Below are positions 37,546 through 50,853 of a stretch of DNA of 64,000 nucleotides, one piece after another (the stretch's first letter is position 1; every line of letters begins with the position of its first letter). The translations under genes and the position numbers were made by a program. The stretch comes from Mizuhopecten yessoensis (taxonomy: Eukaryota): positions 157,299-221,298 of the forward strand of contig NW_018480005.1 of assembly GCF_002113885.1 (NCBI RefSeq), read 5' to 3'. The notes beneath the pieces are model-generated. The model was not told where the DNA came from. It worked only from the letters and a program-made list of their open reading frames with translations, and did no database searches.

Positions 37546-39239
37546 ATCTGCTTCATAGCCTTAGAAGTACTTGCTAGATACACGAACATTCGGTATAAAA
37601 AACATATTATTATTATTGTATTCCATGCTCTGTTATATTTGCTTTCTGTTATAATTAAGCTTTGAACTACTTTCAGTAGTTATGTATAGGTATATATAAA
37701 TAAAATAGGAATAAAGCAATTCTACAGCACAAAAGAAAGGACAATATGAAATTTAACAACGGTATATTACAAGTACAATGAGGCAAAGCAAACAAAGCAT
37801 ATTAGCTCAGAGGACAGGTGGTCGAGTATCACCTAGCTAACAAGTCATTTGGCCATACACTAATGTGATAATTATACAAAGCAACATCCAAACATTCTGG
37901 GCAGCCCTCCAGTACTAGGTCTTTAACCATAACTACAGTGACATAGGACGACAAATGCAGAAACACAAACAAAGCAATGATACAAGCACATTAGGGCAAC
38001 CAACATAAAAACTCAAAGAGATGTTCCAAACAAACTTAAACAGAGGACTGTACAAAAACTTTCAGTACATATGGAACAGCACAATAAGGGCGTACCATGC
38101 GTGAATTAGCTTCCGGAATTCCGGATGAGATTCATATTTCCTTAGTTATGACAGTTCACGGACGGGCTTCATCAAAAGAGTGTTTACAGCGTTCACTGCT
38201 AGGATATTTATCGTGTTTTTCATTCCTGAAGGAGTGGTATTTTTGCTTCGCTAAATCTTGAATATCAAGGAGAGATCTACTGTTCAATTAAAATACTTCG
38301 CATGCCATATCTTTCAAACTCTTTACATATAAAAGGGTAGCACTGGAAGACCTTAAATGATATTTAAAAGATGAAATATAATTACGTTTTATCAATTTCA
38401 ACGCAAGTTCTTGGATTTGTTTTCCATTTTTCTCACACATTTTAAACTAGTACATTGCTAAACAAAAGTGGAAATTGTGAAATAATTGAAGAGTAGTAAA
38501 AAGTATCTCTTTCCTGCTTGGTTGAGAATCCTCCTGTTCTATTAAGAACAATATGCAAGCAATTATAAGCTCATAGATTGTGACATAATACACATGTTTA
38601 GGTCTAGGATAAACAGTCCCCGAAAGCCAATGGTTAGATATAATAGATAGACGATAAACAACCTTTTACATGTTTGATCTGGTTTTGAATTGATCTTCAC
38701 AAGTCCGTAAAATAATTGGCCTGGATTAATGTGGTTCTTTATGAATGTTTGGATAATTCATAATTTATTAATAAATGATTAAATATTCGGAAATATCAGT
38801 AAATAGTTTACCATATAATTTATTAATATAATATCTAAATTGCTGAAACCGCAGATGTCATTAGTCAGAAGCAGCTAACATTTGAAATTTTGATTCCTAT
38901 CTCGACCGAAGGGGCCGAGTCTTATGTTATTGGCCAAACATGAAGACGGATTACAGCTTATTCCTGATCTGCTTCACCATAAGCGGTATGACATTCTTTT
39001 TGTTGTCTTCAATCGTGTCTCATTGTCGATTTTCTGTCCCTTCCCTTAATTCATATTGCGGAATTTAGCATCCATGTGGACTGGGTATCAGTGATATCCT
39101 ATCTATAAATAGAACATCCAGATACCCGCTAAACGTGCGCACTTCAATTCCCTCGCCACAGGCACCATTGTTTAATAAAGCTTTGTATTTATAATTTAAT
39201 TATTGAACAAGTATATAAACAAAAGTTCTGGACATTTGT

Positions 39240-39363
39240 TATGGTTTGTTTGTGTTTTATGTCCTATTAACAGCTATGGTCATTTAAGGACGTGCCAGGT
39301 TTTGGTGGTGGAGGAAAGCCGAAGTTCCCGAAGAAAAACCACAGACCTGCGGCCAGTACCTGG
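39240..39363 (-). mobile_element. SINE 3' fragment (V-domain-like)
   Basis: GTCCTATTAACAGCTATGGTCATTTAAGGACG tail shared with the SINE at 59778, followed by GGAGGAAAGCCGAAGTTCCCGAAGAAAAACCAC. Confidence 0.6.
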
Positions 39364-40682
39364 ACATAGCGTTCATCAATTAGACAAAAGACAAAGAAAA
39401 TAAACCCACTTATTATAAACTATACTCTGTCCCATTATCTGACCATTACGTCTATCAATAACTGTCAATTTAATAACAAGGTATATATTTCAACCTCACT
39501 GGATCTTAACATCGATGTGTATATCCCTTTCCTACATGAATGACTCTTATTAGTCCGATTCTTTTCAACATATCTGCAAGATCTCTTCAAAGATGCCAAG
39601 AGAGTTCCACAGAGCGAAAAACCGTTATCCGAGCTAAAAATCAATAAAAAATAAGTGTAAAATATAAACAAAGGAAATATTACCAGGAAAACACGAAGTA
39701 ATACACAGATATTCAGAGAAAGTAATATTCTGCTTCATTGACAACACCTGCAATGCAAGTCTAAGTTTTATCTAAGTAATGTCACGTTCTCCAATAGAGA
39801 ACCGGGCTAGTGACAATAATACTGCAAAGAACACTATTGAGAATAATGAAAAACATCAATGTTCATATGAAACACGGGAAAAGACAATGCCAATGAGATT
39901 ATGATGGCGAACACTGAAATCTCCATTTTTCCAAACTGTGTGTTACATATTTGTGTGACAGAATTCGACGAAAGCATAAGCAGAAACGTAACACTCTCAA
40001 GAAAAAGAAAGTTCACGATCGAAAAGTTCAAATTGTTATGCTTATTTTTTAGCTTTGAAGTAATGTGTTCCCGCTGGTCATGTTAGACACGTAAGTAAAG
40101 TTCAATATTAGCGACTGGTGTATAGTCTGAATTGAGTTGTATTTCAAGTTTACGAAGACGTATATGACCGGCGTGGTATTTCTTGTAATAATGTTGTGTC
40201 TGAGAGTGAAATGATTTTTCAAACTACATAAAACAGTTCTTTTGTATAAGAATACATGTACCGATTCAAAAGGAAATGTAAAATTGAAAATTAACATTTA
40301 TATTCCGAACTTTTCCGCTGCAGATCGGTGTTTACGTTATAAAAAACAAAACACATTGTAAACTATAATGAATCCAAAGGAGTTGTTGTTTAGGCGTACA
40401 CAATGATAAAAGTGTGTACTTTAAAAGGTCATGAGATAAACATGTATATCAGTCAACACTAACTCCTAGTCAAACGATTATTACGGGGTAGACAGTGATA
40501 AAGTCGCCCGGTAGCTCCATCTCTCTGTAAATAAGCAACGTCCGACCTTGATGTCTGGAAGGTTGTGTTACTAAAACAAGGTCTTATCATATTACTACAC
40601 GTATAAACCTAACAACACACTGACGAAAACATTGTTACATTGGGCTATCTGGGTACATCTACACGGAATAGATTCCTTCTGA

Positions 40683-43063
40683 ATGACAATGGCGGATCAG
40701 AGGTCGGCACGGTACTTTACCGTGATGAAGTGGATTGGACTGGCGATTGGATGTGCCGCCAAGTTTGTGTCTGGGTCTTTATTCGTGTTCAACTCCTACG
40801 AAGATGCTCTCAAAACCACATTCAACTTCACCGCCAAAGAGGGTAAGACTTAGTAATTAACACAAAACCACGATTTACAAAGTCATCATTATCGAATTTC
40901 CCTACATAAATGTTGGTGATGTACATAATTTCCATAATTTGAGTGAAGGTACATGACTGAATGCCTTTTGCTTGGTATGCCCTCATTTCTTGTTATCTGA
41001 TTTATGTCGACTTCATTTTCTTTCTTATTATACCAGTTTCCTTGTGAGCAATACATAAGTAGGCGATAATCCCATGATGTTGACCCATGTTGTCGTCTTT
41101 CGTGTGCCTCGATGCTTTTAATTGTTGACAAAGAGACTGTTAGTGACGTTTTGCTTAGAAAAACCTTTTTTTCCAGTTCAGCTTCAATCGTCGTTCCTTA
41201 ACATCGGCCTTGGGATTGGGTTCCTGCCGGGAATGTTCTACGACAGATTCGGACCCCAATGGTGTTCGGGGGCGGGGCTGGTTCTGTCCCTGGCCGCATA
41301 CCTTCTTCTATGGAGTACCACCAGGTCTATCGCGTTCTACAGCTCGCGTAGCTGGCTCATGGCGATATATTTCTTCCTTTGTGGTGAGTGCTGGTTGTAA
41401 AGAATTACAGATATGTGTTATGTAACGGGTGGCATGTTTTTTTTTCCATTAATTTTATTAATGACAGATAACGGTTAGAGTTTAGCGGAATAAGTGTTAT
41501 TTTTACATTTTACTGCTAGTGTTGTAAAATACCTATATGCGTTTACCTGACTACAAGCTATCGGCTACACTATTAATAACTTATCAATGTTTAAGATGGT
41601 GTGATAATGCTTTTCAGTATGTCAAGTCAATTTTGTTTATTATAGTGTCATATATCACAATTATATCGTACAAGTATATAGTTACACAGTATAAAAACAT
41701 ATAGTTACATAACAGGGATCAATCATCTTAATGTTAAAATATATAGACCATATCATAATTTTGTTAAGAACAGCTATTATGCATAATAAATTAATAAATT
41801 AAAGCAAACTATCACGTGTGCCAATCCAGAGAGCAGGTGATTGGGACAGTCCCTACCTACCTACCTAACAAACTCCTGGATTTTGTCCTTACATATTAAA
41901 TACTATAATAGTTAAAAGTTTTCTTTAACATTTCCTGTATATGTTCTGTTGCAGGTATTGGTTCTGTGTTCACCTATATGGTCGCCCTCAACACGAACGT
42001 CATAAACTTTCATCCAAAACACCGAGGGAAAATCGTTGGTATCCTCAACGCGTTTTTTGCGGGCAGCCCATCAGTATTCGCAACATTTTATTTCCATGTA
42101 ATTGGGAAAGATGACCCAAAGAGTGCCGACAGTTTTTCCACCTTAATGGCGGTGTTCGCCGTGTGTTTTGTGGTCATCGATATTCTGTGTGTTGCCTTCA
42201 TGCGAGTGTATCCTCGTATTGAGACCACAGACAAAACGATACCGGATGTAAGTGTACATGACGTGCGTAACGACGGCGTTCAAATTGACAACAAATGCTT
42301 CATAGGTGACGATGATAAATCAGCAATCTCCGATGATATTGTAGTGTCTAATGACATCCAAATTTCTGAAAATGCGATTGAGACAAAGGCATCTGCTACA
42401 GAATCAGTGGTTTCCAATGTTGATCAAAGTTCTGATGAGGTGTCAATATTAACTATCCTCACTACACTGGACTATCAGTTGCTGACGTGGTTATTTACTT
42501 TGGCGTCTGTTGTTGGTCTGGTTTACACAATCGCCCTAACACAGACCACGTCAGCACTGAAATTGGACAGTCATAACGCCGACATCGTTCTGGTCATTCC
42601 CATCACCAACGCTGTCATCAGTGCCGCGGTTGGTGTGATTTCTGACCGCTATCAACAAAGGTTACCCCGTCTTGGGATCCTCATTGCGGGGGTAACGACG
42701 TTTATTATTTGCCAGGGTCTCGCGGTAGGGTTGGCCGACAATTACCCGACGCTTGTCACTGCCACAGTGGTGAACGGGATTGGACAAGGATTCATTTGGT
42801 CAATCGCTCCAGCTGTCATGAGTGAAATGTTCAGCATCAATAACCTCGGTCGTAACTGGGGAATCGCCCTTCTGGCATCATCGTTGGTTGGTCTAGGTGC
42901 CCAGGAGGCTTTTGGTGCGCTCTACGACGCGGCGATATCAAACCCTGGGGAAGTGTACTGTTATGGGATGAAGTGTGTCCGTTGGGGACACACCGTCACC
43001 CTCGGGATGGCCGTGCTCGCTATGATTCTGGGCGTGGCACTGTATATACGGAGACGAAGATAG
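40683..43063 (+). CDS. Major facilitator superfamily transporter (Nodulin-like/MCH1/NFD4-like), 491 aa, 3 exons
   Basis: Exons 40683-40842, 41177-41383, 41955-43063; GT-AG, phases 1,1, total 1476 nt. MTMADQRSARYFTVMKWIGL...GFLPGMFYDRFGP (MFS motif A)...HRGKIVGIL...GVISDRY...SEMFS..NLGRNWG; about 12 hydrophobic segments with a central acidic loop. Confidence 0.92.
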
Positions 43064-44745
43064 ACAAACATGTTAAAGACACAATTAACTTGCGCGTAAT
43101 TGTGTCTAATTGGAGAAAAAAAAGGAAATCAAAAAACAGAAGCAAAAAAATAAAAGTATTTCTTTTTTATAAATTTCGTATCTTAATTGTGCTCAAAATG
43201 TTAAAATAAAAATGACGTCAGACTTGTCATGTGTATATTTCATGACTGCGGCAGAAAAAAAAGATAAATGAAATTCAACGGAGAAACCTTAAACGTTATG
43301 ATTATAATTGATAACTTCAAAATGAAAATAGACCCTGTCAAAAACAACACGAGTGCTTCCATTCACATTGTGGGACTGGGCTTCAGTTTATGATGTCGTA
43401 GTTCGATGACGTTACAATCAAGGAGACAATGCACATTTCAAGCTTTCTGACTGGTTATGATATTCATAGCTTTTGTATTCTGTATTTTTATTGGTTTAAA
43501 TCCGGGAAAGTTTTATTTTTCACTGGTGACAAATACATCATTTAGATATACCTGACCGTAGTGAAAATGAACTTTCATTTATTAAATAATTGCCGATGTG
43601 GCCATGGGAAAATGCAATGAAAACAAAAACGTAATCGTAAAAAAATGCCAATGTTTTCAATGGTTGAAGTCATTAAATTTGAAATAGTTCACGTTTGAAC
43701 TTTTGCCTGCGTAATTTCCTTGTGTTTTACCTATTACTTAAACTTGCATGATGGTAAGGTTAAGATTATCTACACATAATACATACAAAGAACATTGGAC
43801 GTCGTGAAATATTCTTAGAACTACACTGTGTATATATGTGTGTAATGGTGGCGATTTAGAATATGAATTACGTTTAATTTTTAAGGGTACATTTTCTGTA
43901 GAGCTGAGGGAAAGAGTTGTAAGGAATCTTTACTATAGAAATCTAAGTGTGGATCGAGTTTAACAATAATAGTTAAGACAAATCTGTACTTTGCTAATAA
44001 AAAATATAATAATAATGCACCCAAGTATTTAGTTAACACTCTCCTGATAGTGTTTTAACAGACATTAATCAATATATATTTATGTCTGTATAGTATGTAT
44101 GCGTTCTTTCATTTGAACACACGAGCCTTATGTCTCTTGGTTAACAAGACTCCGAGTTTGATTTTTTTTGTTTAATCCGTATTTCACTTTATTAACTTGT
44201 ATTTCACCTTTAAACCTAAATGCAGTATACAATATCTCATCATATAGTCTGTGTATTTTTATCTAGATTTCATTCGTTTTTCTTTAGCATTTATTGTTAC
44301 AATAGAACAGCTGACAAAAGATGTTACGTGGTCAAACGATATGAACCTTATAACCTATTCAAATGTACAATCCCCCACACATATATATATATAGATGTAC
44401 GTGTAACGTTAATTTTACACCCTGATAACCTAAGTAGAGTAAATAACCTAGCTCAAATGTTTTGTACCTTGATAAGGCGTTGTGCTAGTGTGTCATCATC
44501 ATTGTTGTAGTGTCCTTTGTTATGAGTGAAAAGCGAAAATAATTACCGGAAAAGACATAATTAAAATGTCTACACATTGTCATTGATAAGCAAGTTTTGA
44601 ATGGTTTGTACTGTGAGTATTTACAGGTAGATTAGTCAAACTAAAACATTTAAAATAGTCATTCAAGCGGAATATACTACTGTCATTTGTTGAGGAAACC
44701 CAATACTAACTATACGTAGACATCAATGTAGAAGGCAAGTGCGTA

Positions 44746-45933
44746 ATGGCGTCTACCGAACTTGGTGAGAACTTTGGAGAAACTTATCAAGAATTTCGAG
44801 AAATTCAGGTTAAGAAGAGAGATACCTGTCATAGCCTGGCCCCACTCCAGGACGGATATGATTATCAAAAAGCTAAAAGGAAAAACAAAAGAAAGAAACG
44901 TTCCAAACACTCACCATCAGCTGAGATGACAGCCAAGAGGATCTCACGAACAGCGCTAGATACAATGAGATTGCGTACCATACGCAAAATACCATCTATG
45001 AGCACTTGTACATGGCAACTCATCTCAGAAGAAATAGAAACTCAAATGTCAAAAATAGAACTGGAAGAGACATGTACGAGGGTAGAGACAGGAGTGCAAG
45101 AAGTGTATGCTACGGAACACAAATCAGATTCAAATTTTGAACACACACATTTTAAAAGAGGATATAGAAAAGTGAACATTAAAAAACAAGAAAAGAGGAA
45201 ACACAAGAAAAAAAATCAGGAAATTGTCAAGAGTGATGAAAAATGTTCACCTCGGGATAATTCCAAATCATGGCTTGAAAATAATCGACCTAGAATTCAG
45301 AAATCGGAATACCAAGCTCTGGATACATCGTTAACAAATGACGGTCTTAATGGAAACACGGTCGTAGTAGATGCGCCAGAGGAGGAAGAACAAAGTAAAG
45401 GGAAGAACAGAAATGACCCCACTGGGGCAAGTGAGGGAGATGCATGCAATTCTAGTAAAATCACAAAATTGTCGTTGCAGGGCATTGACTCACATTCCAA
45501 ATATAAACATCAGGATGTTCCTAGTTCAGTTAAAGGAAACATGCCTTACACATTAAGGACGTCAACAAAACGAATAGGAAAACAGACCAATCATGTCAGA
45601 TTCACAGTAAGACTTCCTCCGGTAAACGTCGGTAGGAAAGAGCCTGTTGTGAGTCATTCAGCTGGAAAAGAAACCCCACAGGTATCGTATAGACAGGCGT
45701 GTGCACTTCCGAAGCTACTTCTGCCAGGAAATCTGACACTGAAAACATTTACTGTCAATGACACTAGAGGTTCTTTCGAACTTAGAAAATCAAACAGCAT
45801 TGGAGAGGACGAAAGAGGTGTTTTCCAAAAACCGGAACCGAAGGAAATTGTGAAAAAGAGGAGATCTCAATCGGCGGTATTTAAAAGATTCCGGGAATAC
45901 TATTTAAAAAGGCCACACGTTACTGTTTCATAA
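44746..45933 (+). CDS. Uncharacterised Lys/Arg/Glu-rich, probably disordered protein (395 aa, single ORF)
   Basis: 1188-nt open frame in AT-rich DNA, good Kozak context (GTAATGG), AATAAA overlapping the stop, NLS-like basic clusters; no domain recognised. Confidence 0.65.
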   Translation: MASTELGENFGETYQEFREIQVKKRDTCHSLAPLQDGYDYQKAKRKNKRKKRSKHSPSAEMTAKRISRTALDTMRLRTIRKIPSMSTCTWQLISEEIETQMSKIELEETCTRVETGVQEVYATEHKSDSNFEHTHFKRGYRKVNIKKQEKRKHKKKNQEIVKSDEKCSPRDNSKSWLENNRPRIQKSEYQALDTSLTNDGLNGNTVVVDAPEEEEQSKGKNRNDPTGASEGDACNSSKITKLSLQGIDSHSKYKHQDVPSSVKGNMPYTLRTSTKRIGKQTNHVRFTVRLPPVNVGRKEPVVSHSAGKETPQVSYRQACALPKLLLPGNLTLKTFTVNDTRGSFELRKSNSIGEDERGVFQKPEPKEIVKKRRSQSAVFKRFREYYLKRPHVTVS

Positions 45934-46119
45934 TAAAAGGGTGTGAACTTCTGCAACATGATGGTGCTTAGACGATACAACATGTGTTGTATGAAAACCC
46001 ATCACACACGTAGTATGCGTGTGCACATGTGCGTTTATGCTAAATTTGTGATCGCACACATTATATTTTTACCATAATTGCAGATTTTAATATTTGAGGT
46101 ACCAGCAAAACTTTTATAT

Positions 46120-47440
46120 AACAAGAGGCCCATGGGCCTTAACGGTCACCTGAGTCCTACAGTATTTATTTTTGTTGTTGAAATATGTACCAATTTGAGT
46201 AAAACATTGTAAAGTATAACGTTAACTTAAGTTTGTCAGGACTATGAGCTGATCATTGCTAGACCGATTTTCAGTTAGATCGGCCTATTAAAACTTGTTT
46301 TTAAGTTTGAAATAGCTATTTTCAAAATAGCGGCCATGGCAGCCAAATTGTATTTCTGATCGACCCGAAAAGAAAAAAGAAATTGTCAGTACCATGAGTC
46401 GATCATTCCTACAAAGTTTCAGTTCAATCGGCCTAGTAGAACTTGACTTTAAGTTTGAAATAGTTTTTCAAATTGGCGGCCGTGGCGGCCATATTGGATT
46501 TCTGATCGACCCGAAAAATAACAACACTTTGTCAGGACCATGAGTCGATCATTCCTACAAAGTTTCAGTTCAATCGGCCTAGCAGAACTTGACTTTAAGT
46601 TTGAAATAGTTTTTCAAAATGGCGGCCGTGGCGGCCATATTGGATTTCTGATCGACCCGAAAAATAACAACACTTTGTCAGGACCATGAGTCGATCATTC
46701 CTACAAAGTTTCAGTTCAATCGGCCTAGCAGAACTTGACTTTAAGTTTGAAATAGTTTTTCAAAATGGCGGCCGTGGCGGCCATATTGGATTTCTGATTG
46801 ACCTGAAAAATAACAACACTTTGTCAGGACCATGAGTCCATCATTCCTACCAACTTTTAGTTCAATCCGCCTAGCAGAACTTGATTTTAAGTTTGAAATA
46901 GTTTTTCAAAATGACGGCCGTGGCGGCCATATTGGATATCTGATTGACCTGAAAAATAACAACACTTTGTCAGGACCATGAGTCGATCATTCCTACAAAG
47001 TTTCAGTTCAATCGGCCTAGCAGAACGTGACTTTAAGTTTGAAATAGTTTTTCAAAATGGCGGCCGAGGCGGCCATATTGGATTTCTGATTGACCCGAAA
47101 AATAACAACACTTTGTCAGGACCATGAGTCGATCATTCCTATCAACTTTTAGTTCAATCGGCCCAGCAGAACTTGACTAAGTTTGTAATAGTTTTTCAAA
47201 ATTGCGGCCGTGGCGGCCATATTGAATTTCTGATCGACTCGAAAAATAACAACACTTGGTCAGGGAGATGTCAGTAACCTTCCCATGAAATATTAATGAA
47301 ATCCCTTTGCCAGAATTTCAGCTTAAGTTGAAAATGTAAAATGTTAACGGACAACGGACGATGGACGACGGACGACGATCGCGACGGACGAAGACGGGTA
47401 GCAATAGGTCACTTGAGCTAAAGCTCAGGTGACCTAAAAA
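46120..47440 (-). mobile_element. Helentron-type non-autonomous element (HINE/DINE-like) with ~7 x 146-bp internal repeats
   Basis: Ends AACAAGAGGCCCATGGGCC..GGTCACCTGAG and hairpin TAGGTCACTTGAGCTAAAGCTCAGGTGACCTA; GGAC(GAC)-type microsatellite; units at 46521, 46667, 46813. Confidence 0.88.
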
Positions 47441-48564
47441 TACATGTTATTAGCTCAGGTGAGTTATGTTACATATGTATAGCTTACAATGTATAGATAT
47501 TTGTTTTTAATATTTTTCTTTCAATTCATACATGTAAAACAAATATTGTTATAGTACAAGTTGCAACATTGCATGAAAACAATTACATGATAAGTAAACA
47601 ACCTATTAAATTTAAACACGATCTGGTAAAATATCCAAATTAATAAAACTACAATGTATTATATCATGCATTTAAGTATTACTCTGCTCTGGGATGGCAT
47701 TCATAGTTTCCTGTTATGATTTTTTCCAGTTGGCAGTTTATAGTCATATGAATAAGATGCGATGGTAAATAAATATTATGAAACCACATGTATCGTTAGC
47801 CTTAAAGTCAATATAGTACAGGTTGTCTGTTTTAATACATGCCAATGATACTTGTTTGTGTTTCATAAGAGTACACGGTCAAGATATGTGCACTGGCATT
47901 AGAGAAACGAATATAGCCATATATCTTTGCAAATCCCCGAATAAGTTTTGTTTGTGTGTGGATAACGTCCCTGCAACAGCCAGTGTTATACAGTATGGAG
48001 ACTGTTGCCCATGATACATCGCCGCCCCGAGTAAGTATGACTATAATTCTTTGGTTCAAAACAATAACAAACACACATACCATAGCATTCCTCGACTGAT
48101 TGTTTTCGCTGTGAGAGCAAACGATACATAATTGCACGAGAAATCGGTATAATTAGCATTACTTGATTGAACTATTGATATTCGTCTCAGAATAAGAAAA
48201 AATACCGATTTACAGTACTTCTAACTACAGTCTGTTTTTTAAAGATTATACACGGATGAGTAAATGGCCAGGTGGTTTCGTGTCTGACGTTTATACATAT
48301 ACACGTCTCCGAGAAATAAATGTTGTCTGTTAGACACCACTACGAACACTGTTTCAACTTCAAAGATTACCGTTTATCTGTAACGCATTTTTTCTTGAAT
48401 ATCATAAGAACATGCATAACATCATGTTTTTATCATAACTGCAATTTATTAATCTAGAAAATGGTCATATTCTTATCTTCTTATTTAGCAACAAGACATT
48501 TGTGCCATCAGCATATTGTATACATATATATAAGATAGACAGGTTACAACACATATAAAATGAA

Positions 48565-49565
48565 AACAAGAGGCCCAGAGAGCCTGTATCGCTCACCTGA
48601 ATATCAAGCAAAATATTCTCATTAAAATTTATCCTGTACTTCAAATATTTCACTCGTAAACTTTGTCGGCTCCTTCCCAGGAAGCTACCAGCCAAATATT
48701 ATAAATCTATAGATTGTTCAGAAGAAGTCGTTTAACTGTTTGACATATTTGTCCCCTGTGACCTTGTAAGTAGGTCAAGGTCATTTTCAGTTTCAAACTT
48801 TGTCTGACTTTATCACAGGAAGCAACCAGCTAAATATGAAGATTCTATACCTTTCAGTTCTTCAGAATAAGTCGTTTGAAGTGTTTGACACATTTGACCC
48901 CTGTGACATTGAAAGTAGGTCAAGGTCATTTTCATTCTTAAACTTTAATAGGCTCCATGTTAGGAAGCTACTTGTTAAATATGAAGATTCTTTACCTTTC
49001 AGTTCTTCAGAAGAAGTCGTTTGAAGTGTTTGACACATTTGACCCCTGTGACATTGAAAGTAGGTCAAGGTCATTTTCATTCTCAAACTTCAATAGGCTC
49101 CATGTTAGGAAGCTACTTGTTAAATATGAAGATTCTATACCTTTCAGTTCTTCAGAAGAAGTCGTTTGAAGTGTTTGACACATTTGACCCCTGTGACATT
49201 GAAAGTAGGTCAAGGTCATTTTCATTCTCAAACTTTAATAGGCTCCATCTTAGGAAGCTACTTGTTAAATATGAAGATTCTATACCTTTCAGTTCTTCAG
49301 AAGAAGTCGTTTGAAGTGTTTGACACATTTGACCCCTGTGACCTTGAAAGTAGGTCAAGGTCATTTTCATTCTCAAACTTTGTCAAACTCCTATCAACGA
49401 AGCTTTCAGCCAAATATCATGACTCTATACATTTTAGTTCTTCAGAGGAAGTTGTTTAAAGGAAAAGTTGACGCACGACGACGGACGTACGACGGACGAC
49501 GACGGACGGACGACGGACGCCGCACCATGGCATAAGCTCACTTGCCCTTCAGGCAGGTGAGCTAA
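48565..49565 (-). mobile_element. Helentron-type element with ~5 x 145-bp internal repeats
   Basis: AACAAGAGGCCCAGAGAGCC..CGCTCACCTG start, GACG microsatellite, hairpin AGCTCACTTGCCCTTCAGGCAGGTGAGCT. Confidence 0.88.
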
Positions 49566-49754
49566 TAACATATAGATGCATTTACATTATGCAATCCAAA
49601 GAATATAGACAGTTGATTATAGCTACATTTAAAAGGCAATGTCACATGAAGTACCAACAATAAAGTTAGTGTTTACTACATGTGGTCATTACATCACAAC
49701 TATGTATACATCTCCCAGTCTCCATTGGTAGACCTGTGTTCAAATTTTACAAAA

Positions 49755-49957
49755 AAAATGAGATATCTTATATACGATATAAGATATCTTATATATCATG
49801 TAAGATATCTTATATATCATCTCATTTAATTTCTATATAAGATATCTTATATAGTATATAAGATATCTCATATGCTATATAAGATATCTTATATAATTCG
49901 ATGAAATACAGGATCGACATTGCTCCTTGAATAAATGTTAAGTTGGCTTGCCATATA
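49755..49957. repeat. Palindromic AGATATCT(TATATA) array, probable MITE end
   Basis: Repeated TATAAGATATCTTATA palindromes followed by CTCCTTGAATAAATGTTAAGTTGGCTTGCCATA. Confidence 0.65.
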
Positions 49958-50084
49958 GTAATGTTCTATTTTAAGTAGATACATGTAGTTTAAAACAGTA
50001 TGAGTGAACTTTTAAAAAATTATCACGAAGATTGTATTTCTCCGTTTAATAACGACTTAAAGTCCGGTGTCATTAAAGGCATGA

Positions 50085-50318
50085 TTTACTGTATAATGCA
50101 GGTTGTCCTTAAGACCAGGTGTAAGTATAGTCAGGACTTACTGTATAATACAGGTTGTCCTTAAGACCAGGTGTCAGTATAGTAAGGCTTTACTGTATAT
50201 TACAGGTTGTCCTTAAGACCAGGTGTCAGTATAGTAAGGACTTACTGTATAATACAGGTTGTCCTTAAGATCAGGTATCAGTATAGTAAGGCTTTACTGT
50301 ATATTACAGGATGTCCAC
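50085..50318. repeat. 52-bp minisatellite (~4.5 units)
   Basis: GGTTGTCCTTAAGACCAGGTGTCAGTATAGTAAGG..TTACTGTAT at 50101, 50153... Confidence 0.92.
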
Positions 50319-50853
50319 AACAGGGAAGTACTATTTTTTAAATAGATACACACCTGCTCAGGTAGATTGTAAATGCTGGCTGGGTAGTTTGGACTTTGTG
50401 CTGCTGGATAGGCGTATTCAGTTTGGACATTGTATTAACAATGAGAAACGTACTATCAACAGACATTAAACAGAAATGCCTCCTTGGAACATTTCAAATG
50501 TATCTGAGCAAGAATAACTAATTAACACAATATGGTATTGGATATTTACCTGGACAAGGAATCAAATACTTCGGATATAAACAACTACAATATGTACCTG
50601 TGTTTCCTTGATGTTGACATCCTGAGGCTTGGAGTAACTCACATCAGTGAGCATCAGGTAGCTATACTTTAGTGTCTTTACAATTATGTGTTATGAACAC
50701 ATGGTGCCTGGATTGGAGCTCGGTATAAAGTCAAGATTTAGAGACATCAAAAAAAGTCTATTTTGTGACTGTTATTCAATATCAGTTATAATAGACAAGT
50801 TGTTTGAGTCTATTTATAGATTTTCTTGCCTCTTCCTCAATTTTTTCATCAAC

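Noticed and set aside
40683-43063. Bacterial contamination or recent horizontal transfer of the MFS gene
   Set aside because: It has canonical GT-AG introns and local tandem paralogues embedded in host repeats.
48800-49535. Series of near-identical 70-97 aa ORFs on both strands
   Set aside because: Products of the 145-bp satellite inside a Helentron-type element.
50686-50853. N-terminal extension of the B-box ORF given in the ORF track
   Set aside because: Looks like upstream intron/UTR sequence (TTTATAG acceptor near 50819); the ATG at 50854 has a good Kozak context and starts the recognisable protein.
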